Part shown: one piece after another, positions 37,135 through 46,600 of the stretch
Position numbering within the stretch: the stretch's first letter is position 1
How the letters are laid out: the number at the start of each line of letters is the position of its first letter
From: a virus
DNA: 64,000 nt
Strand: one strand, 5' to 3'
IMG/VR virus record: IMGVR_UViG_3300028588_000820
The notes under the pieces: model-generated
What the model saw: the letters and a program-made list of their open reading frames with translations, nothing else
What the model was told of the DNA's origin: nothing
Database searches by the model: none
Position numbers and translations under genes: made by a program

Positions 37135-38172
37135 ATGACTATCAAAAAAGGTGCGTACTTCACCGATATTCACTTCGGTCGTAGGAACTCCGACGTTGTA
37201 CATAATCAGGATTGTGTCGATTTCATCGAATGGTTTTGTGAGCAAGTACGTAAGGACCCGTCCATTACGTACGTTGCTTTCCTAGGCGACTTCTTTGAAA
37301 ATCGTGCACAAATCAACATCCTCACCCTCACGATGGCCTATAAGGCCCTACGTAGTCTGAACTCACTAGGTCTGCCGATTTATTTCGTAGTCGGCAACCA
37401 CGATCTACACCGACGTTCAACTCGTGAAATCTTCTCCACCGAAGTGTTTGGTGAATTCACCAACATCAATTTGGTCAGTGAGCCGATTGTCGTTGAGGAC
37501 AAGATTATGTTCTCGCCGTTCCTCTTCCCACACGAATATGCGGGTCTAGCGAAGTACAGCAACATCCCCGTATTTGCAGGCCACTTTGAATTCCGTGGCT
37601 TCATGATCACTGGCTACAACATGGTTCTCGAGCATGGTCCCGACCATAAGCTCTTCAAGAATCAAAAGCAGATTTTCTCTGGTCACTTCCATAAGCGCCA
37701 AGCCCAAGACAATATTGTCTACATCGGCAATACGTTCCCTATGGACTTTGGTGACGCTGGTGATACTGCTCGCGGCATGATGATCTATGATCATGATACC
37801 GACACTGTCGACTTCAAAGATTGGACTGATGGCCCAACGTACCTAAAAACCACGTTGAGTAAAGCTCTATCCGACGAATGGCAATTGCCACCAAGCGAAC
37901 GTATGCGCGTTGTTTGTGTCAACGATATCGAGATCAGCTACTCAGAAGCTCAAGTCATCAAGGAGACATTGAAGGATACGTATAAGTTTCGTGAGTTCAA
38001 ACTAGAAGAGAACTATGCGGAGAAGAAAGACGCCCTTGAAAATACGGTGTCTGATGCTGAAGTCAATGAGTCGAAATCGATCGATGAAATTGTCGTGGCC
38101 TCGCTGCTCGATCTATCGGAAATTAAGTCGATAGATAACAACAAACTAGTCGAACTTTACAAACAACTCTAA
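37135..38172 (+). CDS. gp47: Recombination endonuclease subunit (Mre11/SbcD-like)
   Basis: Phosphoesterase motifs DIHFG, GDFF, GNHD and SGHFH. Confidence 0.92.
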   Translation: MTIKKGAYFTDIHFGRRNSDVVHNQDCVDFIEWFCEQVRKDPSITYVAFLGDFFENRAQINILTLTMAYKALRSLNSLGLPIYFVVGNHDLHRRSTREIFSTEVFGEFTNINLVSEPIVVEDKIMFSPFLFPHEYAGLAKYSNIPVFAGHFEFRGFMITGYNMVLEHGPDHKLFKNQKQIFSGHFHKRQAQDNIVYIGNTFPMDFGDAGDTARGMMIYDHDTDTVDFKDWTDGPTYLKTTLSKALSDEWQLPPSERMRVVCVNDIEISYSEAQVIKETLKDTYKFREFKLEENYAEKKDALENTVSDAEVNESKSIDEIVVASLLDLSEIKSIDNNKLVELYKQL

Positions 38173-39917
38173 TGTCACTAAAACTAAAAGAATTAACCAT
38201 TAGAAACTTCCTCGGCTTCGGTAACAAAACTGAAGTCGTGGACCTTTCAGCAGTTGGCACCACACTTATCCTTGGCGAGAACATCGACAAAGGTGGTGCT
38301 AACGGTGTGGGTAAGACCACAATCGCGAACGCAATCTGCTACGCACTCTACAACGTTCCACTTGAGAAAATCAGTAAGGAACGTTTGATCAATACCACGA
38401 ATAACGCGAAGAACACGAGCATGGTCGTGACATTGACCTTCGAGGTCAATGGCATCGATTACAAGATCATTCGCTCACGCGGTGCCGACTACGAAACCAA
38501 GTTGCTGATCAATGGTGAGGACAAGACTCCTGACTCGATCGAAAACGTCAACAAGGCCCTCGTCGAAATCATTGGCATCAGCTTCGAATTGTTCCGACGT
38601 ACCGTTGTCTTCCTTGGCGGTGATCAACCGTTCTTCGATATGTCGCTTGCGCAACAGCGTACGATCATCGAAGAGATGTTCAAGATCACGAAGCTGTCGG
38701 AGAAGGCAGTCAACCTCAAGCAGATGAATCAGAACCTTGAGAAGGACATTGCAGTTCAGCAAACGTTATGTGAGCAACAGGAGAAAGCTAAAGCACTCCA
38801 TGCGAAACATATCAAGGATGCTGAAGCTCGTATTCTCAAGTGGGAGACCGATAAGGAAACTCGCATTGCGACGTTGAAGGCTCATGCTGAAAAGATTTCC
38901 GCTATTGACTTTGATGCCCAAGAAGAGTTGCATCGCCAGAATGATCATATCGTTGCAGTGCAACGCGATTATCGTGCTATGGTCACTGAGTCAAATACTC
39001 AGATCAAAGCTCGTGAATCGAAGATCAAAAAGGCCACTGAAGAGTTAGTTCATCTTCGTGACGCAAAGTGCCCATACTGCCTACAGAAGTTCAACGACAC
39101 TCAAGCGAAGATTGAAGAACTCGAATCCCAAGTCACCTCGCTGACGAATGAGGTTGCAGAGTTCCAAGTGATTCGCGATGAGAATCAAACGAAATTTGAT
39201 GAGGCAGAATCGCAACGCGCTGAAATTGCTCGCCAATTGATTTACCCCAATATGAATGCTTTGCTCAACGACAAGGCAAACGCAGCGGGTGTTCAAGTTC
39301 AAATCAAGGGCGTTGAGTCAAGTACTAACCCACACTTGGAAGCGTTTGAGCAGTTGCTCAACGAAGCTGAAGTGGTTGTCGATTACTCGAAGCTTGATCA
39401 GATGAAGTCGGACCTTGAGCATCAGAAGTTCTTGCTCAAACTGTTGGTCGATAAGAATTCGTTCATTCGTAAGAAGATCATCAATAAGTCTGTTCCGTTC
39501 CTGAATAAGCAGATTCACTACCATGCTAAGACATTGGGCTTGACTCATATGGTCACGTTCAATCCTGACATGTCCTGCACCATCTCAGAGTTCGGTCGTG
39601 AGTTGGACTACGGTAATCTATCGGGTGGCGAGAAGAAGCGCCTGAACTTAGCCCTGTCCATGGCGTTCCGCGACATGCTTCAGCACCTACATACTGGTGT
39701 GAACATTCTGGTCGTCGATGAGGTGGATGCTGGTGCGATGGATGCTCCTGGCGTCGAAGCTATTATTCGTTCGGTGAAGTTGAAGGCCTCACAAGAAAAC
39801 AACCTAGGCATTTGGGTGATCAGTCACCGTCCAGAGTGTATTGGTCGTTTTGATCGTGAGATGACTGTTCGCTTCGAGAATGGATTCAGCGCAATTGATC
39901 GAATTGAGGTTGTATAA
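38172..39917 (+). CDS. gp46: Recombination ATPase subunit (Rad50/SbcC-like)
   Basis: Walker A NGVGKT, Zn-hook CPYC, signature LSGGE, Walker B LVVDE. Confidence 0.92.
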   Translation: MSLKLKELTIRNFLGFGNKTEVVDLSAVGTTLILGENIDKGGANGVGKTTIANAICYALYNVPLEKISKERLINTTNNAKNTSMVVTLTFEVNGIDYKIIRSRGADYETKLLINGEDKTPDSIENVNKALVEIIGISFELFRRTVVFLGGDQPFFDMSLAQQRTIIEEMFKITKLSEKAVNLKQMNQNLEKDIAVQQTLCEQQEKAKALHAKHIKDAEARILKWETDKETRIATLKAHAEKISAIDFDAQEELHRQNDHIVAVQRDYRAMVTESNTQIKARESKIKKATEELVHLRDAKCPYCLQKFNDTQAKIEELESQVTSLTNEVAEFQVIRDENQTKFDEAESQRAEIARQLIYPNMNALLNDKANAAGVQVQIKGVESSTNPHLEAFEQLLNEAEVVVDYSKLDQMKSDLEHQKFLLKLLVDKNSFIRKKIINKSVPFLNKQIHYHAKTLGLTHMVTFNPDMSCTISEFGRELDYGNLSGGEKKRLNLALSMAFRDMLQHLHTGVNILVVDEVDAGAMDAPGVEAIIRSVKLKASQENNLGIWVISHRPECIGRFDREMTVRFENGFSAIDRIEVV

Positions 39918-39922
39918 ATACC

Positions 39923-40414
39923 ATGAAACATAACAACGGAACTTTTGTCGCTGTTAGATTTCATGAAGAGACCGTTGCTAAGTTGGTTGGGTTTGGAGTT
40001 GCTAATGCGGTTCCAAACCTGATTGATCAAGCCGAGTATCACAGCACAATCGCGTATAGCCGCAAACACCTACCCAATGTACCAAAGCAGCGTGACATTA
40101 CTCCTGGTTGGATTGCAAGGCCTATTGGCTTTGACGTATTCAGCACTAAGAGTGGCACGAACTGTTTGGTCCTAAAGATTGATTGTCCAGAAGCAATTGG
40201 ACGACATAATTTTCTAAGGAATTGGGAGGGCGCTTCACACGACTTCCCAACCTACATTCCTCACATTACTCTCTCGTATGACATTGGTGATTACGACGTG
40301 AGCATTTTGAAGGACATCAGTGTTGCTCTTCCTGAAATCGTGATAGTACAAGAGTATTGTCAGGAACTGAAGGATCATGACCGAAGAAAAGAAGACCGTA
40401 AAGAAGAAGGTTAA
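39923..40414 (+). CDS. acb1: 2H phosphoesterase, anti-CBASS Acb1 (T4 57B)-like
   Basis: Two HxT motifs (YHSTIAYS, PHITLSY), 'GTFVAV.F' and 'GASHDFPTYIPH'. Confidence 0.75.
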   Translation: MKHNNGTFVAVRFHEETVAKLVGFGVANAVPNLIDQAEYHSTIAYSRKHLPNVPKQRDITPGWIARPIGFDVFSTKSGTNCLVLKIDCPEAIGRHNFLRNWEGASHDFPTYIPHITLSYDIGDYDVSILKDISVALPEIVIVQEYCQELKDHDRRKEDRKEEG

Positions 40415-40910
40415 CGGCAAAGCAAAGGGTGGTGCATTTGAACTGAAGGTTAGCAAGATTCTAACCGCAGCTCTAGCACCACTCAAATTCAAGAAGAGTC
40501 AAATGTCAGGCGCAATCGTCGGCGGGATGAATGCGAAAACAGCGGGCGACTATAGCAAGCTCACTCTCGCTCTGTTCACCGGAGACGTTGTACCAACCAA
40601 CGAGTGTGTTGATGGTAATCCACGATTCAACTTCGTCGTTGAGTGCAAGTTCTACAAAGAAGCCGAACGTATGGAAGCTCTGTTTGGTACGTCACACATC
40701 TACTCCTGGATGCGAGAGGCGGCGACAGATGCTGCTAAAGTGGATAAGCGTGGTATCCTTATCTTCAAATTCAACAACACTCCTATCTACGCTGCTGTTG
40801 AGCCTGACATCGTCCTACCAGAGGATGTGAAGCACATTACGATCTTGGAAGGGATCAAAGTCTGCCACTTTGAGGACCTAATCAAACACGCAGATTTTTG
40901 GATGAAATAA
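40377..40910 (+). CDS. Holliday junction resolvase (PD-(D/E)xK, Hjc-like)
   Basis: 'KAKGGAFE.KVSK.L', 'GDV' and 'VECKFY'. Confidence 0.75.
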   Translation: MTEEKKTVKKKVNGKAKGGAFELKVSKILTAALAPLKFKKSQMSGAIVGGMNAKTAGDYSKLTLALFTGDVVPTNECVDGNPRFNFVVECKFYKEAERMEALFGTSHIYSWMREAATDAAKVDKRGILIFKFNNTPIYAAVEPDIVLPEDVKHITILEGIKVCHFEDLIKHADFWMK

Positions 40911-41056
40911 ATCGTCCCTTGACGGAAAGCGGTGTATAATTCATCACCATGAAACAAAGAATCAAGATGCAATGTCTGTGGTTCGTTTCATGGGGTTGAG
41001 TACGCAAATGTATTCGCCCATACTCACATATAAAAATAACAAAGAGACCTTTTCAA

Positions 41057-41302
41057 ATGAACTCCAAAACCGCAAAGAAACTACGTAAACTAGCTGCCAC
41101 CATGGCAACCGAAGCATTCAGCACCAAGTACCTAGGCAACTCGAAGCGCTTCGTCATTGAAGCTGCTCCTGAAGCTAAGGAAGGCGTGCTCGAGAACCCA
41201 CCACAGATCAAGTACCTACCAGGCACCCTGATGGTGAATCCGAATTCGGCACGCGGTGTTTACAAGCAGTTGAAGAAGGCAGCTCGCAAACAAGGCATGT
41301 AA
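41057..41302 (+). CDS. Small basic hypothetical protein
   Basis: 'MNSKTAKKLRK...ARGVYKQLKK'; CTA-biased codons. Confidence 0.75.
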   Translation: MNSKTAKKLRKLAATMATEAFSTKYLGNSKRFVIEAAPEAKEGVLENPPQIKYLPGTLMVNPNSARGVYKQLKKAARKQGM

Positions 41303-41308
41303 TTGCCC

Positions 41309-41341
41309 AAAAGCGCACGATATAATGTCGTGCGCTTTTTT
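41309..41341 (+). terminator. Terminator hairpin with TATAAT in its loop
   Basis: AAAAGCGCACGA-TATAATG-TCGTGCGCTTTTTT. Confidence 0.75.
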
Positions 41342-42050
41342 CGTTTACACTCATACGTCAGAAATTTATTCGGGGTCTGTGAATCGTTAACCAGCCCGTT
41401 GGTGTGCAGGATATGAGCTGCTAATCCATAAACAAACCCGAGAACGCGAGAGGAACCATAATCGTCGTTTTGAAGAGTCGCCCAAATGTCCATATGGCGA
41501 CCGCTCGGTTTTATAAACTATCTAGCGTAAAAGCATTTTACGACTTCAAGCTTATAAATTCCCCAGATGTTATCACAAGATTGATAACGGAAGTAGGACG
41601 AATTGTTTGGTTAATAGTCCTACTTGGTATGCGTCACTGTATCCGCAAACACACTCGAATTCCTGGTAAAGCAGTACCTGGGCAGGTTGGATCGACATTT
41701 GATCCTGAAGAGTGAAACCAAAACAAGAGTTTCTGATGCTGAGACTTTTGGGGTTGGCGCTGAATAGCGCTATAGTATCCCGAGGATCGAGGAATACCCT
41801 ACCAATAGGTAGTAGAACTAGCCCGATAGGGAAATAAAGAAGAGGGAAGTGCGACAGCAATTACCTCTTCTGACGAGCGACAGCGAGTCGTTCAGAGATA
41901 TGCATCATGAGACAAATCCGATAGAAGGCCTAGTAAGAGCTCTTATATGACATAGGAGTTTATGCGAGAGCCACTATCGGATTTTTGGTATTTGTTCTGG
42001 CGAACAAAAGACGTGCTATCAGCGAGCTGATCTACACGTCTGTGCGTTTG
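41330..42050 (+). ncRNA. Candidate large structured non-coding RNA (alternatively a structured ssDNA element)
   Basis: About 700 nt with no credible ORF and more than 12 consecutive stems; G-U wobbles are compatible with the + strand. Confidence 0.55.
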
Positions 42051-42055
42051 GATAA

Positions 42056-42301
42056 TTAAAGCATGATCACAGTGCGTGGGTCATCTTTCGCGTTCTTCAT
42101 TGCCTTATTGATGAATGAAGCAACTACCTCTCGCTCACCTGCACTCATAGCCATCACCTCGGTATATGACAAGCCACCTCGCATGTAGTACACCAATTCG
42201 GTTGCTGAACGGAGAATGGCTCGTGTCTCGCTTCCCAATTGAGCAATATAGGAACCGATTTGCTCACCATTCCCGCCTTTAATTATCCTGAAAAAAAATT
42301 T
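42056..42301 (-). CDS. gp51-like extension, probably reached by -1 frameshift from the upstream gene
   Basis: The frame is open from the slippery AAATTTTTTTT to TAA 42056, with no ATG/RBS at its 5' end; 'YYMRGGLSYTEVMAMSAGERE' chaperone-type motif. Confidence 0.65.
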   Translation of the reverse strand, partial: KFFFRIIKGGNGEQIGSYIAQLGSETRAILRSATELVYYMRGGLSYTEVMAMSAGEREVVASFINKAMKNAKDDPRTVIML

Positions 42302-43080
42302 ACTGGATTAAGTGGCAGTTCAACAATCATCTTTTGGCCGCAATCACGGCACACGACTTCTTGTTCAAACTTAGGACCCCATTCATTTGAGGTATCCAAT
42401 GCATTAGCGATAGCGCCAATGTATGGCGCTGGAGCGCTGACGATCCATTCCTGAATCATTGCCTTATCGGTGATGCCATCGATGTCAGCGATCATGTTCA
42501 GCAAGTTCTGGATCATGTTACGCTGAATGTCTTCAGCAGTAGGTAGGTCCTTGTTATTTGCTTGCATCAATTCCACGACGGTCTTGAAGCGAATTGGGTC
42601 TAGCGTTACGACCTGACCATTTGGCAGATTGACCGCATAGCGCTGTCCGATAGTGGTTGGGTCGAGTTGACGAATAGCGTTGATGATGCCTTCGATGTCG
42701 ATCACATAGCCATGCACGCTTGAATCTGGTTGGCAGCCATGGTCTGCTTCGATGCGGAACTCTGGACCATAGGTAACCACACGTAGGAAGCACATTAGCG
42801 CATCAACGTCACGACCGAATAGTTCATCTGGCTTCTTGATTTCTTCGACGCATTCTGCTAGGACTTCACGAACGGCTTGGCCTGAGAATAGCATATCAGG
42901 ATTCTTCATCTTGATTTCGGCTAGTGCCGACATTGGGCGAACATGAACCTCACCATCCTTGCATGACTCGCTTAGCTCGCCATTCTTGTAAAGATAGCCA
43001 CCAGATGGTAGTCGGAAGATACGACCTGGCATTTTGATTTTGGACATCAGCGGATTTGCTGATGGAGTGACTTGTTCCAT
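42283..43080 (-). CDS. gp26: Baseplate hub assembly / tape-measure chaperone (T4 gp26-like)
   Basis: 'RLPSGG..Y', 'VRPMSA..E', 'D+DAL..LR..TYG', C-terminal CxxC and 'NPVNFF'. Confidence 0.75.
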   Translation of the reverse strand: MEQVTPSANPLMSKIKMPGRIFRLPSGGYLYKNGELSESCKDGEVHVRPMSALAEIKMKNPDMLFSGQAVREVLAECVEEIKKPDELFGRDVDALMCFLRVVTYGPEFRIEADHGCQPDSSVHGYVIDIEGIINAIRQLDPTTIGQRYAVNLPNGQVVTLDPIRFKTVVELMQANNKDLPTAEDIQRNMIQNLLNMIADIDGITDKAMIQEWIVSAPAPYIGAIANALDTSNEWGPKFEQEVVCRDCGQKMIVELPLNPVNFFSG

Positions 43081-43116
43081 TGAGAATATTCCTTATTGTG
43101 TAGTTGACTGCTATAT

Positions 43117-43530
43117 TTATTTCTTATTGATGGCCTGAAATTTGAGTCTCTTTTCAGGCGGAATGAGCTTGTCCAATGCAGCGACAGATTCTTTAGTCAT
43201 CTTGATGTTGCGGTAAGGCATTGGGATAACCTTCCACAAAGGACATTGCTTGATGATGTCGTATGTCACCATCAGCTCCAAGCCTTGTTCCAGGCGCCGC
43301 CTGTTGACTTCGAACAACCATCTGACGAAATACTCTTGTGCCAATGGTGGTAGTAGCCCTAGGCGCAATCCTCCCATCGTGAGCATCTTCGTACTGATAC
43401 CCGGAAGCATCATCACCGCATTGTTCGCGATGAAGTCGTTGAAGGTCATTTTCTTAGGATCGAAGACCAAGTCTTCCGTCTTTAGGCGACCATCTTTGCT
43501 TGCGGATGTTTTGTGATTTGCATTTGCCAT
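43117..43530 (-). CDS. Hypothetical late protein (possibly leaderless mRNA)
   Basis: GATAAATA lies 5 nt upstream of ATG 43530. Confidence 0.65.
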   Translation of the reverse strand: MANANHKTSASKDGRLKTEDLVFDPKKMTFNDFIANNAVMMLPGISTKMLTMGGLRLGLLPPLAQEYFVRWLFEVNRRRLEQGLELMVTYDIIKQCPLWKVIPMPYRNIKMTKESVAALDKLIPPEKRLKFQAINKK

Positions 43531-43610
43531 GTGAATATTTATCAACTTTCAGGATGGCTGAAATTCAATAAATATGACATAGACTTAATTTCTCCAATAG
43601 GGCATAACAA

Positions 43611-46600
43611 ATGGCGAGTTCCGACAGAACACCAGACATGAGCCGAGTCATCAGTGACTTGAGCAAAGCGATTAATCAATTGGTCGCCAAGATGGATAAT
43701 CTTGGTGGTAGCGGGCGTCCTGGCTCTAGCACTGGTGGTGGCCGCGCCAAACCTAAGGATCAAGTAGATACTAAGGAAGCGCAAAAGAATTTCAAAAATC
43801 TTAGCAACACCGCTAGGGATGTTGAAAAGGAAATTAATGCCCTACGTCGCGGCTTTAGCAACACCACCAAAACTCTAAGAGACCTGTACGAAGCTCAAGA
43901 TGATGCTACTCGTGGCATGATCAAGAGCGGCGATCTATCGAAGAAGGCACAAAAAGACCTTATCGAATCGATCAACAACAGCATTCGCCATTACTCGTTC
44001 ATGGGACAATCCATGGCGAATGCTGGTAAGAAAGCAGAATTCCTCGAAGAGAAGCTAGAAGAGACTGGCAAGTTCCTTGGTCAGTACGGCGAAATCCTAA
44101 AAGAGATTGGCGAGCAATCCCTATCAAGCATTACCGATAATGACAAACTTCGTAAGGCTCTACAAAAGCTAAACAAGGAAATGGTCCTGTCGGATGAAGT
44201 CCAGGAGATGATCCGCAAGAACGAGTTCACTCGTGCGGCTCGTACCCTAGACGATGAAGCTCGTAACGCAAACATCATCCGTACCTCCATTCGCCGCACT
44301 TCGACCTCGTTCGGTGGCCTACAACGTGTCACTGATGGTCTACGCGATGGCGTGGAAAAAGCAACACTAGCAATCCGATCAGGCATCACTCACGAAGCCG
44401 CGACTCTTGCTGGCTCGATGGCGGTCATCGTTACTGGTGCTAAGGAAGCATACAAGCAATATTGGGAAACCGCATCTGCTGGTTTTGGTGGAGCGTTCGT
44501 CCAACTGTCGATGACTGCAATCAATCTTGGCATCTCGCTACAGTCGCTAACCAACATCACCCAAGCTAACATGAAGCTTGTCGGTAAGATGGGACTGCGT
44601 GGCTTTACTGACTCGCTAAAAGAATCGCAGCAACAGTTGATGCAGCTCGGTCTCACCACCGAACAAGCAGCTAAAGCTCGTGCTGAGATGAATCAAGTCG
44701 CGTTCCTAACGGGCGTTGATATGCGCGATAAGGCGGCCTTGTCAAAAGCGACAAATGCACAGATCGCGGACTACGAGCACCTACGTGCAGTGACCGGTGA
44801 ATCAATCGAAGCATTGGCCGCACAGACTAAAGCTATCTTGATGGACAACGATTCCACCAAGATCATGTCGAGCTTGAATAAGGCACAGCGTGTCCAAATG
44901 GTGCAGAGCATCAACATGGAACGTAAGCGTCTAGTTACCATGGGCTTGACCAACGAAGCTGCGATCAATGTCATCAAGACCTTCCAGCAAATTCAGAACA
45001 GCAAAGTAGCTGATCGTTTGGATGCTAGCGCTGGCGCTATGGCGGCCGCATCTGCTGTTGGTATGGACCCAGCAAAAGCCGCGAAGGCAGCTTCGATCCT
45101 ACAACGTGGCCGTGCAGCGATGAAGGACCCAGAGAATGCTAAGTTCATGGCGGACTTCTCACGCGAGCTAACCTCAAAGACTGATGCGCTTGCTGGTAAA
45201 GGCGACCTCAACTCACAAATCCTAGGTGAGTACGCTGATGAAGCATCCCAAGCACTGACCGGAATGAAGGACTCAATGCGCGAGGCGAACCTAGATCGCG
45301 GCATGACTCCTGGTGAAGTAGAAGCCAACAAGGCAATCGGTCGCGTCCCTGCAGAGATTGCTAGCGTTTCAGCTAAGATTGAATCTGTTGGCCAAATCCT
45401 TCAAAGTCCATTAACTAAAATTCTAGTTGGTGTCCTTGGTATCGGCTACCTCTTGGCAAAGAACTTCGCTAAGCTTGGTAAGAAGAAGGATCGTGACGAT
45501 GATGACGGCCCCGACAAAAAGAACAAGACTAGTGGCACTGATGCGGATGGCGATAAGAAGCCTGGCAAAAAAGGTAACGGCAAAGTTGGCGCACGCCCTG
45601 GATCAGTAGTCCAAGACCCTGATCGCTTCTCATCGCAAATGGGTCAAGTTGCTAAGAAGCATGGTTGGACGCCTAAGCAGCAATATCAAGAAGCAGGTTT
45701 GCCAGGTCATCAGCAGATAACCCGTCAAATTCAAGCTGATAAGGCGTTCAAAGAACGTCGCAAGGCGGGTTTGGAAAATAGTACAAGCATTGGTTCGCAA
45801 ACACTTCAACAGAAGATCGAAGAGAACCGCAAGAAGGTTCAAGCTCGTATCGAACGTGACAACGCATTGCAAGGCCCACCAGCCCCACCACGTGCTCGCA
45901 CTCTTGCTGATCGTATTGATGACGCTCGTGAACGTACCGGCCGCCGCACTCAAGGCGCTTTGCATCGTGTCCGTGAAGCATCGTCCCAACGCCGTCAGCA
46001 AATGGTCGACAGCGTCAATGGCTTTGGCGATCGTATTACTCGACGCGCAATGGAGTCAGCACCTGGAAGAACAGTTGGTGCGCTTGGACGTGCCGGTTCA
46101 GCTACAGTTGGTGCAGTCGCTGGTGGTGCGCGTTCAGCAGCAGGTGCGGTTGCAGGTGGAGCAAGTAGAGCTATGGGTGGCATCATGTCGCTTGGCGCTA
46201 AGGCGGTTCCATTCCTCGGTGTTGCGGTGGCTGCAATTGAAGGCCTAAAAGGTGCAATGGATGGCGTTAATCGTGCTGCAGAAATCTTCGGCGTTGACAC
46301 CAAGAAAACAGCCCTTACCTCTGCGCAAAAGATTTCTGCTGGTATTGCTGGTGCATTAAATACACTATCGTTTGGTTTGATCCCGACAGATGGTACAGCT
46401 CGCTTGCTAAACGACGTTGCTACCGATGGCGTACAAATCATCACTGACTATGCTGAAGGCGCAGTTGAGTGGATTGTCAACAACGGTATCCCAGCCCTAT
46501 ACGACGCGTTCAAATCAGTCATGGGTTGGATTGGCGGCGCAATCACCGATGCATTGAGCCCATCGACCTGGATCGCAGCGTTTACCGGAGAAGGTGGCGA

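Noticed and set aside
41260-41860. Short ORFs 41260-41493(-), 41470-41715(+) and 41573-41860(-)
   Set aside because: Weak or alternative starts, no clear RBS, atypical composition and codon usage; they overlap each other inside the hairpin-dense region.
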